64,000 nt of DNA from Haplodiscus bocki (taxonomy: Eukaryota), in contig OZ296650.1 in the NCBI GenBank assembly GCA_965655095.1, positions 28,148,001 to 28,212,000 on the forward strand, written 5' to 3'. Numbering within the stretch: the first letter of the stretch is position 1; each line of letters starts with the position of its first letter. The position numbers and the translations under genes are program-made. Shown piece by piece: positions 13,560-24,700 of this stretch. The notes beneath the pieces are model-generated. The model did not search any database. It was not told where the DNA came from and saw only the letters and a program-made list of their open reading frames with translations.

Positions 13560-14370
13560 GGAAAGTCTGGAAGACAAAATTAGAACATTGTTGTGAAAGA
13601 AAAAGTAATATAAAAATCGGAAACATCTGGTGTCTTCACTTATGATAGACAAAAGAGACGGAATTCCATTTTTTCATTTTTGGTGCCAAAAGTCATTCAA
13701 GAGGGTAGTAGGGCCTTGACTTCGCAAAAGTTTTGGGCTGATTTAGTTCAGTACTGTTCCCATTACTGTCCTGATAACGTGATTTTGAAAATGGAAACGT
13801 CACTGTTAAATCTTTTAGACGCGGAGACTGCGGGATGTTTTTTTCATCTTCCAAAGCCCCTTTAGCGATTCTGAGTCCTTTTTGTAACCCAAATGGTTCT
13901 CAGGTAGGGTTCTGTCTTCACAATTGAAACGAAGGAAGACTACGCGAACACTAACTGGTAATTCAAAACGGTCATGCAGTGTAGGTTCATGAAAATGTTT
14001 TCTACTAACTCCAATGTTCCCAAAATACTGACAACTTTTACTTCAAGAGACCAAAAAAAATTTGTTGTTACGGTTTTTGAATTATTGGCGCTCAACTCGT
14101 CATCTGATTTCTCTTCTCTGACAGTCGCCACCAATGTGGCAAGCCAAGTTGCGTAAAAATTTTGAGCATTAGGAACCACAATTGCTGGTGGTGTTTTGAA
14201 GCTCTAGTTTCATACTATAAAAGTTCAATTTTTACCACAAAGAATGTTTGGAATTAGGTTTCGTGTAGTGTCCAGGGTGTAATGTCAGTATAAAAAGGAG
14301 ACAGTTTTGTAAACGCACCAAGTAGTCTTTTGGACCACTCAATGAAGTACACCCAGTTATCGAGAACGGA
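13560..14370 (-). pseudogene. Polinton A32-like packaging ATPase (very decayed)
   Basis: SLSGPK (~14345) is Walker A-like, NYQLVFA*SS (~13950) is Walker B LLIFDD-like, FKSPR-like at ~13785; spacing is appropriate. Confidence 0.45.
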
Positions 14371-15949
14371 GTATTAGAACAGTGGCACGGTGGAATTGTG
14401 TTTTATTTACTTTACATTTAATGTCTAGACATCAGACCTTTTGTGTACATGTTTTGTTTTGATCACAGCTCTAAGTGGTTATCAACATGTTTCCCAGTTA
14501 TAAAACGAACATTGGTCTTGATCGTGTCAATTTCTCATAATCAGTGTTTCTGTGCAGGCGAAAGTCGAAATCGGCTAACAATTAGTTAATAAAGTTGGTG
14601 CACGTTCCTATTTTTGCAAAATTTAGACATAATTTATCCCAAATTACTTTGCCAAGCATCATCAATAATAGTAAAATATGCAAATGGTTCCTATCTAACA
14701 TCACAGTTTAAGCCCCACACATCAATATACCGCATTTTCTCTCCAATTACATTTTGTCGGCCTGTATCATTCAGCTTCTTAAGTTCGCTAGAAAACGGCT
14801 TCCTGCTTCATTTTGCATAACTGCTCAAAAAAATGAACCGTAGTTTCTCTGCAACTTTCCAGAAAGCTTCGGTGCATAGCCATATCAATATTACAAGAAC
14901 TGACGGTGGTCTATGACGAGTTATAACTAAAAGCTATCCTAACACGGCGACCTATTTGTTTTTGAAACTTTACAAAAAACGATTTGTTGACAAACAGCAT
15001 GTGGATCAACGACTTACACTCACTGCTTCTGAGCAACATCAATTGAAAAACGAAACAGAGGAAACTAGAAACAGGCAAGGTGGACCCGAAAAGACAATGT
15101 AAGGCAGACTATCAGGCGAGTGTAACCATTTAACAAACAGATCAGAAAATTAACCAGATCTTATACTCCTTGCTGTAACCCTCTATAGGTCTTCATGTTA
15201 AATTAATTGCCTGTGAACATACATCCTCTTGCCTCAATGGAATCTATCATATCGAGAATTTTCTTTAAACCATATGTTCGTTTTGTGAATGTTAGGAAAA
15301 AAGAACTACTTTCTCAAGTTTCCAACAAAAGTTGAAGCTATGTACAAACAGACGCCCAATTTTTCTCAAACATTGGGGAAAACTTTCACTTTCGAGTTTG
15401 TTTTGAAAAACTTCGTAAGCAGAAGGATCGGTTTGCACTCTGACGAAAGAAAAAACTGTGACATTTAGCAAAGATTTTATCTCTTTCTCCTGGAATCGAG
15501 CTCCAATTTCAAAAAGCGAGTAAAAGTGGACGAGTGCCATTTCTATTCTCATTTTTCTCGCCTCTGATGCGCACTGCTAGTTATTTAAAGTTCAACGGTC
15601 AAACATTTGGAAAATTCTTTCGAGCAGCGACCACTGACAGGCATCTTGACAACAAGAACTGGTTTTTCGAAAGCTCTAAACGAATGGGCAAAAGAGCCAA
15701 TTTGTAGGAAACGGAAACAAAATCAGAGCAAACCAGCATATTGTCTCCATTGCACTGAATTTGAGACTTGATGGTCAGCATGCAGCCTCATTTCTTAAGA
15801 TTACTGATGTGTGTTTCTGAATTCGAGACTATAAACAATCAAAATCTAGCCTTTCAGTTTGTTTCGTTGAGTTTTGCAGGAAAGAATTTTTGAATTTTGA
15901 TAAATTCATTGTGAGCAAAAACAAACTTGAAGATCACAAACGTTGAAAA

Positions 15950-16345
15950 AACTCTAAAAGCATTCATCATCATTCAATGGTGATCAAGATGTTAACCATT
16001 GAGTTTACAATGAACAATTTTTGTAAAATAAGGTCCACATAAATTCGATGTAGGCTGTTGGAGAGGTTTCTGAAAGACTTCTTCACAATTGAATTCTACA
16101 CTGATTAGGCGCTTGTTAACTTTCTCGTAGGCATCCAGACGTACCGCAATGGGTCACCAAATACATAGAATCCGTCTGTGTTACAAATTAAGAACCAATG
16201 CTTCCTTTTCTTTCAGATTCTTTTGAGTTAATGATATTGAAAGTTTTCCTGCTGACTGGTGTACGAAATGTGTCTGCAGAGAATATCCTCACGAACACAA
16301 AACTCAGGTACCTACACAACCAATCTACAGTAAAGTTTCTATACA
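15950..16345 (-). pseudogene. Polinton adenain-like cysteine protease
   Basis: IFSADTF...FNIINS.....G(H)WFLIC, YVFGDPL, PLQQPTSNLCG give His-Asp-Gln-Cys in adenain order, directly after the MCP. Confidence 0.75.
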
Positions 16346-16350
16346 CTCCA

Positions 16351-17500
16351 TCACTGCTTGTTTTCCATCTTTTTGTTCAGGAATATAATCCTGGAAGCTT
16401 TCCAAAAAGAGTCATTGAAAATACTATAAAACCGTTCGAACATGAAAAACGCTTCTACAATTTTTGTTAGTTGCGCTGAAAACCCTAACATAATGGATTT
16501 GGATCCTTTTGGCAAATCTGGGTGAAGATAGTCATAGGATGTCTCTTGTGTGTTGGTTATGTCGTGCACCAAATCTAGTGATTAGCCTAGTCGTGATATG
16601 GATATCCTTGACCATGTAGAACGGAAACTAAATCTTTGTGCGAATTAGGGTATCATTCTCTGTTTGGAGTAGAATTCCGTCAACAGCGTTACTCGTACGA
16701 CAAACTCTAATGCTGCTTAGGTTGATTATATGGAAATGTTGAAGATTTACGCCCAGAGACGCCACTTTTCTTGTCTTAGCCATTGCGAACCTTCGAATAG
16801 GCTTTCTGGTGAATACTTTTTTGTGACTCCAAGACAGCACACCTGTAGGAGTGAGAACCTCTTTAAGTATGATCTCAGTTTAACTATAAAGAGCAGGAGT
16901 TACGGTTAATGTAGTCTCAATAGCCGTGTAGACGTTGTCACCGACAGCCATTGTTCAAAATTTTGAAATAGCGGGAAAAGTTATGACCGTAGATATTTTT
17001 TTATCATCGTAAACTAGGGCATATTGAGGTCAGTTTCTGTCAAACAAAAATTTCAGTGTAACTCCACTTATCAGGTGTCTAACAGATGAGAAAAAGTCCG
17101 GTGCGAATCCTCCAATGAGTGAGAGCTCTGCTTTCGACCGCAGTTTCGGCTGTCCTCGTAAAGAAAGTTTTCTAAGTGAATTCGTCAGGCTGCTCCTAAT
17201 AAGAATGTCCCGAATACATAAACCACTTCTCTTCTGATTCCTTGCTGAGTGAAAAATCTGTTTCAAAGAAATTCTGTTGAGCGTTTTTGCTTACAGGAGA
17301 GACTTTTGTTGCCATTGGCGTTCTTACTACATTGAAAACTTTGATTTTTTTTGACGCAGAATGGCAAACCAATTTCCGCAGCACTTGCTGCGATGAAATC
17401 CGGTTAGTCGGTATTAGGCTTGAGGATCCGAAGTCTCGTTTCTAGAGAGATGTTTTGCAAATCGATGATTTTGTTCGATCTCCAACTGTTTCAAACTCTA
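16351..17500 (-). pseudogene. Polinton major capsid protein (double jelly-roll)
   Basis: FFETDFS..KESEEKW, DFFSSVRHLISGVTLK, VFTRKPIRRFAMA, FHIINLSSI match recalled Polinton MCP blocks in order. Confidence 0.75.
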
Positions 17501-17749
17501 ATGTAGTTTCAATAGTAGCATACAGGGGAATATTTTACTTCTTGAATGGTTTATTGAAGCCGATTAGAAGAAAGCGAAGCTCAAAAAGAACAGTTGGACT
17601 TTGTGATGCTTCAACCGGTAGAACGTTACGTAAAGTCTGCAAGTTGAGAAAAAAAGGTCGACTTCTCTTCAGCTTCTTTATTCGTCGACTGTTTCATTTT
17701 AAGAGTCTACCAATTCCAACTGATGCAATTCCTCCGACTAGCTTTTTCA

Positions 17750-17980
17750 TTGTTTTTTGACAACTGATGTCGCAGCCGGTTTCGGAAAAATGTACTTCCT
17801 TGCATTATAAGTCAATTTTGGTAAACCTTGAACAAACATTTCCTTCCTTATTAAATCGACAGCTGGTAGAAGGTCTTTTTTTTGCAAAAAGTAACGCAAA
17901 CCCCTATCAGCTCTGATTCAAAACCACTCCCTCTTTTATTTGCTTGGCACGAACAGTGAAGCTTGACACTTTGGTGGCAC
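17750..17980 (-). pseudogene. small basic Polinton ORF (RGSGF motif, putative core protein)
   Basis: KRGSGF...LLPAV..I.K between mCP and MCP. Confidence 0.45.
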
Positions 17981-18009
17981 TTTTTAGACTGAATTTTTAG
18001 AGTTTGAAA

Positions 18010-18850
18010 AATTTCAATTTTATCGCCTTACGACCGGTTCCAACAAATGGTACTTTGCATCAAGACACTGCAACTAATTCACTGACTCTTTCCTGAATTG
18101 TCTCTACACATAGCTTTTCATACTGAAATTCTGTAAACTATTAATGGTTCTCTGTGGATGCGATTTGCAGGTTACCGATTGTTAAGCGTCTTTCTGAATC
18201 AATGACACGGAAAACAGTTGCTTTTAGTCCAACAATGTAATGGTGTTTGATGATTCCACAGTTAACATAGTGTGGTTCCAGTTGTAAAACTTTTTGTATA
18301 TTTAACCGTGATTGGTTCTGGTCCCTTCTTCACTTTGCCATTGCTAACAAAAAACACCAACCATCTTTGCGTTCCGGCGTTCCCATCAACCCTAATACAT
18401 CGCAAAGTCTGCTGTCTTCAATACTTATTCCACTACCATCTGCAGAGCTCAAATCTACACAGCCTTCTCCAGTGCTAGAAGTAACGATGGGCTTCGTGCT
18501 TTTAGCAAGCGCAACATGTAAGGAAGTGACATCATACTGGACAGTCTTGTTTTTAGCCTCAGCAAAAACTGAATTGTTTGACTAATCTTCACGTTCCAAC
18601 AATACTCCTCCTGATTTGCATCGCTTGCTTTTAGTGACATCCTAGAAGGAGTTTTTGGTGTGTACATGAAGTACTCTTTGGTGGTAACGATCGCGATATT
18701 TGTTGGGAAAGTTCTTTCTGTTAATGCCACTCGCCAATTACTTCCTACTTGTGAAAGTTCTGCGAGTATGTTGCGAAAGCATTCCCTTGTGATTCGTCAA
18801 AAGGTTTCTTTTGACCCGGTTCACCCTAAAAAGTTGTCATAGTCATACAT
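18010..18850 (-). pseudogene. Polinton minor capsid (penton) protein
   Basis: N-terminal FRNILAELSQVGSNWRVALTERTFPTNI; C-terminal FQYEKL...IQ...EL....KVPFVGTGR...LKF. Confidence 0.75.
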
Positions 18851-18899
18851 CTCTACTGAATTTTTCTTAACTCTGGCTCGTGAATTCTCCTTTGAACGT

Positions 18900-19820
18900 C
18901 TCCTCCTTCAGAATGAATCGCCAAGTAAGTAAGTGACTTGAAGGTTGCAAACTGTTCAAATTGTAAGACTTCCTCAATCAAGCGTTAAGAGTACACTTTT
19001 TTAAATGGCTGAACTTCGTTTGCCAATCGGATGTTGTCCCATAAATTCTTGTTTAGTTTCTGACTTGTTCACTAGACTGTTGCCTTATCTGTGGAACCAA
19101 CTTTGTTACATGCATCGCCGAGAGATTGTTGGGTGCCAATCCTCTAACGCGAAATGTTCAAGAAAGATCGTGTCATTAACGACTTTTTTTATGTAGCGAT
19201 GTAACCAATTGTTCTCGAATTTTTGTAGATAAAGTTTTTGAGAGATCAACTATTGCGCTCTGAACAGGCTAATTGCGGTCCAGTTTTTGTGGTGTAGTGT
19301 CAATGCTTTTATATTCACAAATTTTTCGAAACCTCCTTTGATCTTGGTTCCTTTATCAGACCATAATTTCAATGGTTCAGTTCTGGTGATCATGCAATCG
19401 AAAGTTTTATCAGTGGTCTTAACACCCTTGGTTCGCATTGGCTGAACTCTGAGTTTTTGTAAAAAACAAAAAACAGCAACTACGAGGTATTTAACACCCT
19501 TGTTGAAGTTTAGTAGACTGTCAATAAAAACTAAGTGAGTAGACCAAATCTCACAGATATTGGAGGCAATGATTTTCAAGCGGGGAAAACGTCTTCTGAA
19601 TTGTCTGTACTTAGTATAAGATTTCGTAGTCTGTAGAAAATTTCAAATTCCAACCGAGATGGGGAGCTGGCTTTTTGCAGATTTGAAACGCTTCATTACG
19701 CTGCCGGTGCTTCCCTATGTAACTTCCTGAAAAATAAATTCTCACACTTTGAGAGTTTCCCGCGCTCGCGTTGAGACCTCTTTTTTTGAGAATGTTCTGC
19801 AACCTGTTTATCATCCTGTC
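18900..19820 (-). pseudogene. Polinton retroviral-like (rve) integrase
   Basis: RRFPRLKIIA.NI.EIWS..L.FIDSL..FNKGVKYLVVAV....KLRVQPMR...KLWSDKGT.IKG (ORF 19250-19579). Confidence 0.9.
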
Positions 19821-20299
19821 GTTGTCTTTTAGATACTTTCCTTGGGGTTTTGATTTTAGGTCCTAGCATTGTTGTGCTTCGAGTAGGTTTTAGTATTTTT
19901 TTTGACGCTGACTGATGAATTAAAGCCCACTAGTCTTTCTGAAAAACTGTTTTTAAAAAGACAGGCTTTTCTGTGCACTGCCGTCGTCCATTTTCAGTCT
20001 CATCTTCCAAACTTTCCGTTTTCGTACCAACTGATCAGTTCAAAGGAAATTTTGAAACAATACGTGTTGTCAACGTTGTATTATCGAATCGGAAATGCGC
20101 ATAATATAGGAGGGCTGACTTTTTGTATAAGGAGAAAATATACTGATGAGACTGACTTCAATGTATAACTTATTTTTATTTGGGGTATACAAATAAAAGA
20201 TCCTAACAAAAAATGTACAAGATCAGAGCGTCAAAGTGGTCCTTTTAAATCCTATGCGGTCTCCTTATGAAAGTCCTAAAAGCAGACACCTTTTTTCAA

Positions 20300-23200
20300 A
20301 CCGTTTTTTGAACAGTTTCTGACAAAAACACAGATTATCAAGGTTCTTCAGAAAAAAAGTTAACATTATACTGTGTTAGTTTCATGTCGTGTCTCGGTAT
20401 GGCACCTTGACTCATTGAAAGATTGAATAAAACGACTGCCCGGTATGTCACGATATTTCAATGTAAACCATTTGAGTTTTGGGAAGATTGCTGCTTGTCT
20501 GAAGTTTTACCCCGAGTAGAAGTTGAAAAAGTTTAAGGTTCTTTCACGAAAATGTTTTCTACACGACAGACTGGATACATCCAAATGACAGATTCCAGAA
20601 CAAATTTTCATTATTCCGTAACTTGAACTTTAGAGACAACAAGTACATTACATGTTGCTAAGAGTAGGTTAGCATTATTAGTTTTGTTTCCGGGGCGAAT
20701 TTTTGCAAATTTTTTTTCTGCAGGTTGGAACTTGGATAATATTTCTTGCAAGAAGTGCTTTTGTAGAATAAATTTCCGCCCAAAAAAATTTTTTATGTCA
20801 ATTTTCTGACGATTGATCAAAGAAGCACGTGTTACATTTTGACGCATTGTGAAAAATGCATATATTTGTGGCTGAATTTTAGTTCAAAAAAATCGTTTAA
20901 TTAATTTCAATTTTCATATCTATGTCGAGACTCACACCTAGATCATTGACGTTTTTTCCGGAAAGATTTTTCCATCTAGAAAAAGACCATTATTACATGC
21001 TTTGAGGGTGACGAACGGTGTCTTGGAAGAGTTCGTAAGCAACTTGTTTTCAGCATACCACGAGCTAATTTCAACAAGTTTTTCCTTCAATCAGCACTGG
21101 CAACTAATAGGTTCGTACACTAAATTAGTATCATCTGCAAAATGTCGAGGTATTAGGTCTTGACAATTGTTCGGCAGATCAATAATGCGATAAAAAACAA
21201 GCAACCAAGGACCAAGTTCTGACCCTTGTCGTTACGTAGTCTTTTCCTTAATTGCCGTAATTTGTCAAGTGAATTGGTAGCCTCAATCTTAGTTAGACAG
21301 TCATCAACTGTGAAAAACTCGTGGTCGTATTCATTTTCAAGGAGTGGCCATGTCTTGTCAAGCTTTCCGGTCTTCAACCTTGATAAGACATCTGTGGCTT
21401 TTCTTTCACAAAATTTTAGCTTTTTTTCCTGATTTTCTGTCAGTTGGGATACAATTGAAATTACAACATAGATTTTCGTAGGAACTGGATTAAAGTTCAA
21501 GGAGTTTTTTGTTTTAGATATGACTGGACAACTCATCTTTGGCATCAATATGATGTTTTTGTCGGGGAAGAAAGTTCGTCGTCTTTTCGTGTCATGTTTT
21601 TTAACATGGCATATTACCTTCAGCTCTTTCTCTTAGTCGAGTAACTAATCAACGTTGAATGAATTTTTCCGTTTTTTATGATGAGGGCTCCTTCACGAAG
21701 AATTTTCACTTCATTTTTAATAACTGTTTAACATAAAATTATTTTCAACTTATAGACACTTTGATTGCTCTTATACTTTGTTCTCTCAAACATTTTACAC
21801 AAAAAAAACAAACAGGGACATGTCTGCAATCTTCAATCTTTTGTATTGCTCCAGATACACATTTTGAAGGTAATGTAGCGCTTATAAGGCATTACGGGAG
21901 AACACCTTGGGAAAATGATGTACACACTTTACCCAGCAAGTTTTTGTGCTAAAATATGCGCAGAAGCTTTCAAATTAGAAGGGGAAGTTTCATCAATAGC
22001 AGTTGCTTTTACTCTTTCTAGCTTTAATTTTACAAAATTTGTATCCTAGTTATTGCAATCACGCCAGAAAAGTAATCTTCCATTTTTTTGGAATGCTCAC
22101 CGTAAACTTTCCATGAGCAAAGAATGAACAGTTCCTTGTATTCCAACACTTATCGATGAGGAAAATACTGAAAAATTCCGCACATTACCTTTCAATTTTC
22201 TTTGCAACATCTGAAAGTAAACTTCTAACTCCGACTACCAGTTGATTGTTTCCTTCGTCTCAGTTTTGATAAATGTTTGAAAAACAGTGTTCCTTTTTCA
22301 TGAAATTTGTCGACTTGTTAGAAGGAAAGTGCAGCCTCTTTTTACGTCGACTAATTTAAATAACTTTACTTCTCAGTTTTTTGTATGTACTCAAGTTATT
22401 TGTTTTCGGAGGAAGGGTTTGTTCACGAGAAACGGTAATTCTGTTTTTTTTGTTTCAGCTTTTTTACTCAATGGTTGACATCGTCTCCGACACAATGATT
22501 CGGGAACAAGGATAATAACATTCGTTCGAGGCATTCGAAGAACTTAGTGTTTTCGGCAGAGTTGTAGAGAAACGGAAAATTTTTTGTGGAGTTCTTAAAG
22601 AATCTCCTTCTGGAGAATTGTTACGAGACGTCCAAAGCACATTGATCGCTGATGTCAGCAATATCAATTTGACTATTGAAATTTGACAAAATTCTGCCGT
22701 GTATTACATGAGTAATTAGAGCGTTTGATTTCTAAGTAATCCAAGTTGTCGTATCTAACATCTGTGTACGTCCGTATTGGGTTTATCTTAGACTAGAGAA
22801 CTCACTAATTCTGAATTTCGTAGAGGATCATTGTTGAAACCTCTATTATTTATACAATGACAATTCATTTGTTGCATTTGTTCAAAACATTTATTTGGTT
22901 GCAAAAAAAATCTGTTGGAAACTCAGGGAGACTTAAAAACCCAATTTGCCAAAGCGTTTATTTGTCAAAACAAGGAAAGATCAAATTACTGAAAGTGATT
23001 ACGCGTGCCCAATTATCTCGATTGAATGGCTCTGGCGAATAAACATAGCAACTCCGTTACAGTTTTTAAAGTTAACAGAAAAAATCATTTGGTGGTTATT
23101 GAAAATATACTGCTCGAATGTTAATCACGATAGAACCATGTCTCAGAAAGACCAAACGAGCACGGATTAGATAGAAAGTGATCAACGAAAGGTTGTAGAT

Positions 23201-24420
23201 CATCAAAATGATTATTGAGTGAATGAAAATTGTTGTGATGTGTAAATGCGTCAGATCTCCTGCTCAACAACTTCCGCCAACGAGCTACTCTATGCTTGAA
23301 TTGTATAAACTTTGACGAATTCGATATCAAAAATGCAGTTCACAGAAGCACTGATCAACGATTTGTTTTATTCAGGTAGTTCATTAAAATCATCGAATAC
23401 ATGTTCACGCTCATCATTTATGTGCAGTAGTGATTTTCATCCACAGAACTAGCATTTGCTACATCTTGTTTATTTTCGGATAGAAAGTGGAATTCACTCC
23501 GAGTGGTGTGACGTTGTCAATATTTTGTTTTTCTTCTCGGTTCTCTTTTTCTCTTGTCTTGGTGGCCATAATGTTTTGTTTCAAGTGGCCTACCACTTTT
23601 TGCAATGATCGTTTCCGGACCCGTTTTTCTAGTTGGTAGTCTGTGACAAACGCCGATGTCTTCCATTGCAACAGCAAAACATGCTTCTTGCGCAACATCA
23701 ACCTATTTTTGATAGACATCCTCTCCAGACTCTCCAATCACAACAGAATTGCACACAGTGTCTTGCAGTCCATATTGATCATTAGCATCCACTTGAAATG
23801 TCCGCTTGAGAAAAATTTCCGGGAATACATCGCTCTTTGGAGGTTCGCTCATGGTTTTCGCTGCACAGCAGAAACCACACTGAAATGGCTCTCATTGGAA
23901 TCTCATGTGATTTTTCGAGGAAGCCTAACTAGGCCCTACACTGGTCAGGGCTTGCCGTCATCGACAGAACCATCCTACTTCGTTCGGCAATTTCTTCAAT
24001 CTTCGGCATCGGATGCGTTTGAGACAAGCGTTGTGCTGAACAGACATTTTGCAATCTATTTATTAAGTTTATCACAAAACTTAGATAAGAAGGATTGGCC
24101 TATTCAAGTAGTTGACTGAACAATGGGTGCTGAGGACGAAATTTGAGGTGGCAGTTTTGAGCTGAGAGTGTCAGAAACTGATCAACGACTGCCTTACATG
24201 GAAGAGAATTTGGTGACAATGGAAACTCTGAAAACTGGAATAGATCAGTTTTCATATCAATAACCGATAATGTTTTTCTGTACGCCGAAGTGATCAAAAA
24301 ATCCCCATTCACGAATTTTTTGTTGGTGTGTTTCCCACTGGTGCATACATGACAGTGGATTACATTCATCGCATGTTTTCTACATTGAAACAGAACTGGA
24401 TGACTTTTAACAATCAAGAT
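20300..24420 (-). mobile_element. CR1/L2-type LINE with Cys-rich (PHD-like) 5' ORF, internally deleted
   Basis: C..C..H/C clusters at 23600-24420; APE start H.N.HSL.NHFDDL...FGLSETW (~23240-23135); QN.VLG.L (~21220) and HFADDTN (~21140). Confidence 0.75.
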
Positions 24421-24572
24421 CAGAAAATCAAATGTTTGGATAAGTTACAACAAAGTTGGACAATAATACCCAACGATGATACCGAGTAAAAGCAATGTGA
24501 TCAACCACGGCGCGCCCGTAGACCATTTTGAACGGACTTTTTGCGAAAGAGGGTTTCGCTGGCAGCGTGTGG

Positions 24573-24700
24573 NNNNNNNNNNNNNNNNNNNNNNNNNNNN
24601 NNNNNNNNNNNNNNNNNNNNNNNNNNNNNNNNNNNNNNNNNNNNNNNNNNNNNNNNNNNNNNNNNNNNNNNNNNNNNNNNNNNNNNNNNNNNNNNNNNNN
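24573..24700. other. assembly gap
   Basis: Run of N. Confidence 1.

Larger units (their letters stand above)
10560..19820 (-). mobile_element. Polinton/Maverick element 1 (degenerate), near-complete gene set
   Basis: Co-oriented fossils of integrase, minor capsid, small core-like ORF, major capsid, cysteine protease, packaging ATPase and protein-primed PolB (see sub-features). TIRs not identified. Confidence 0.85.
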
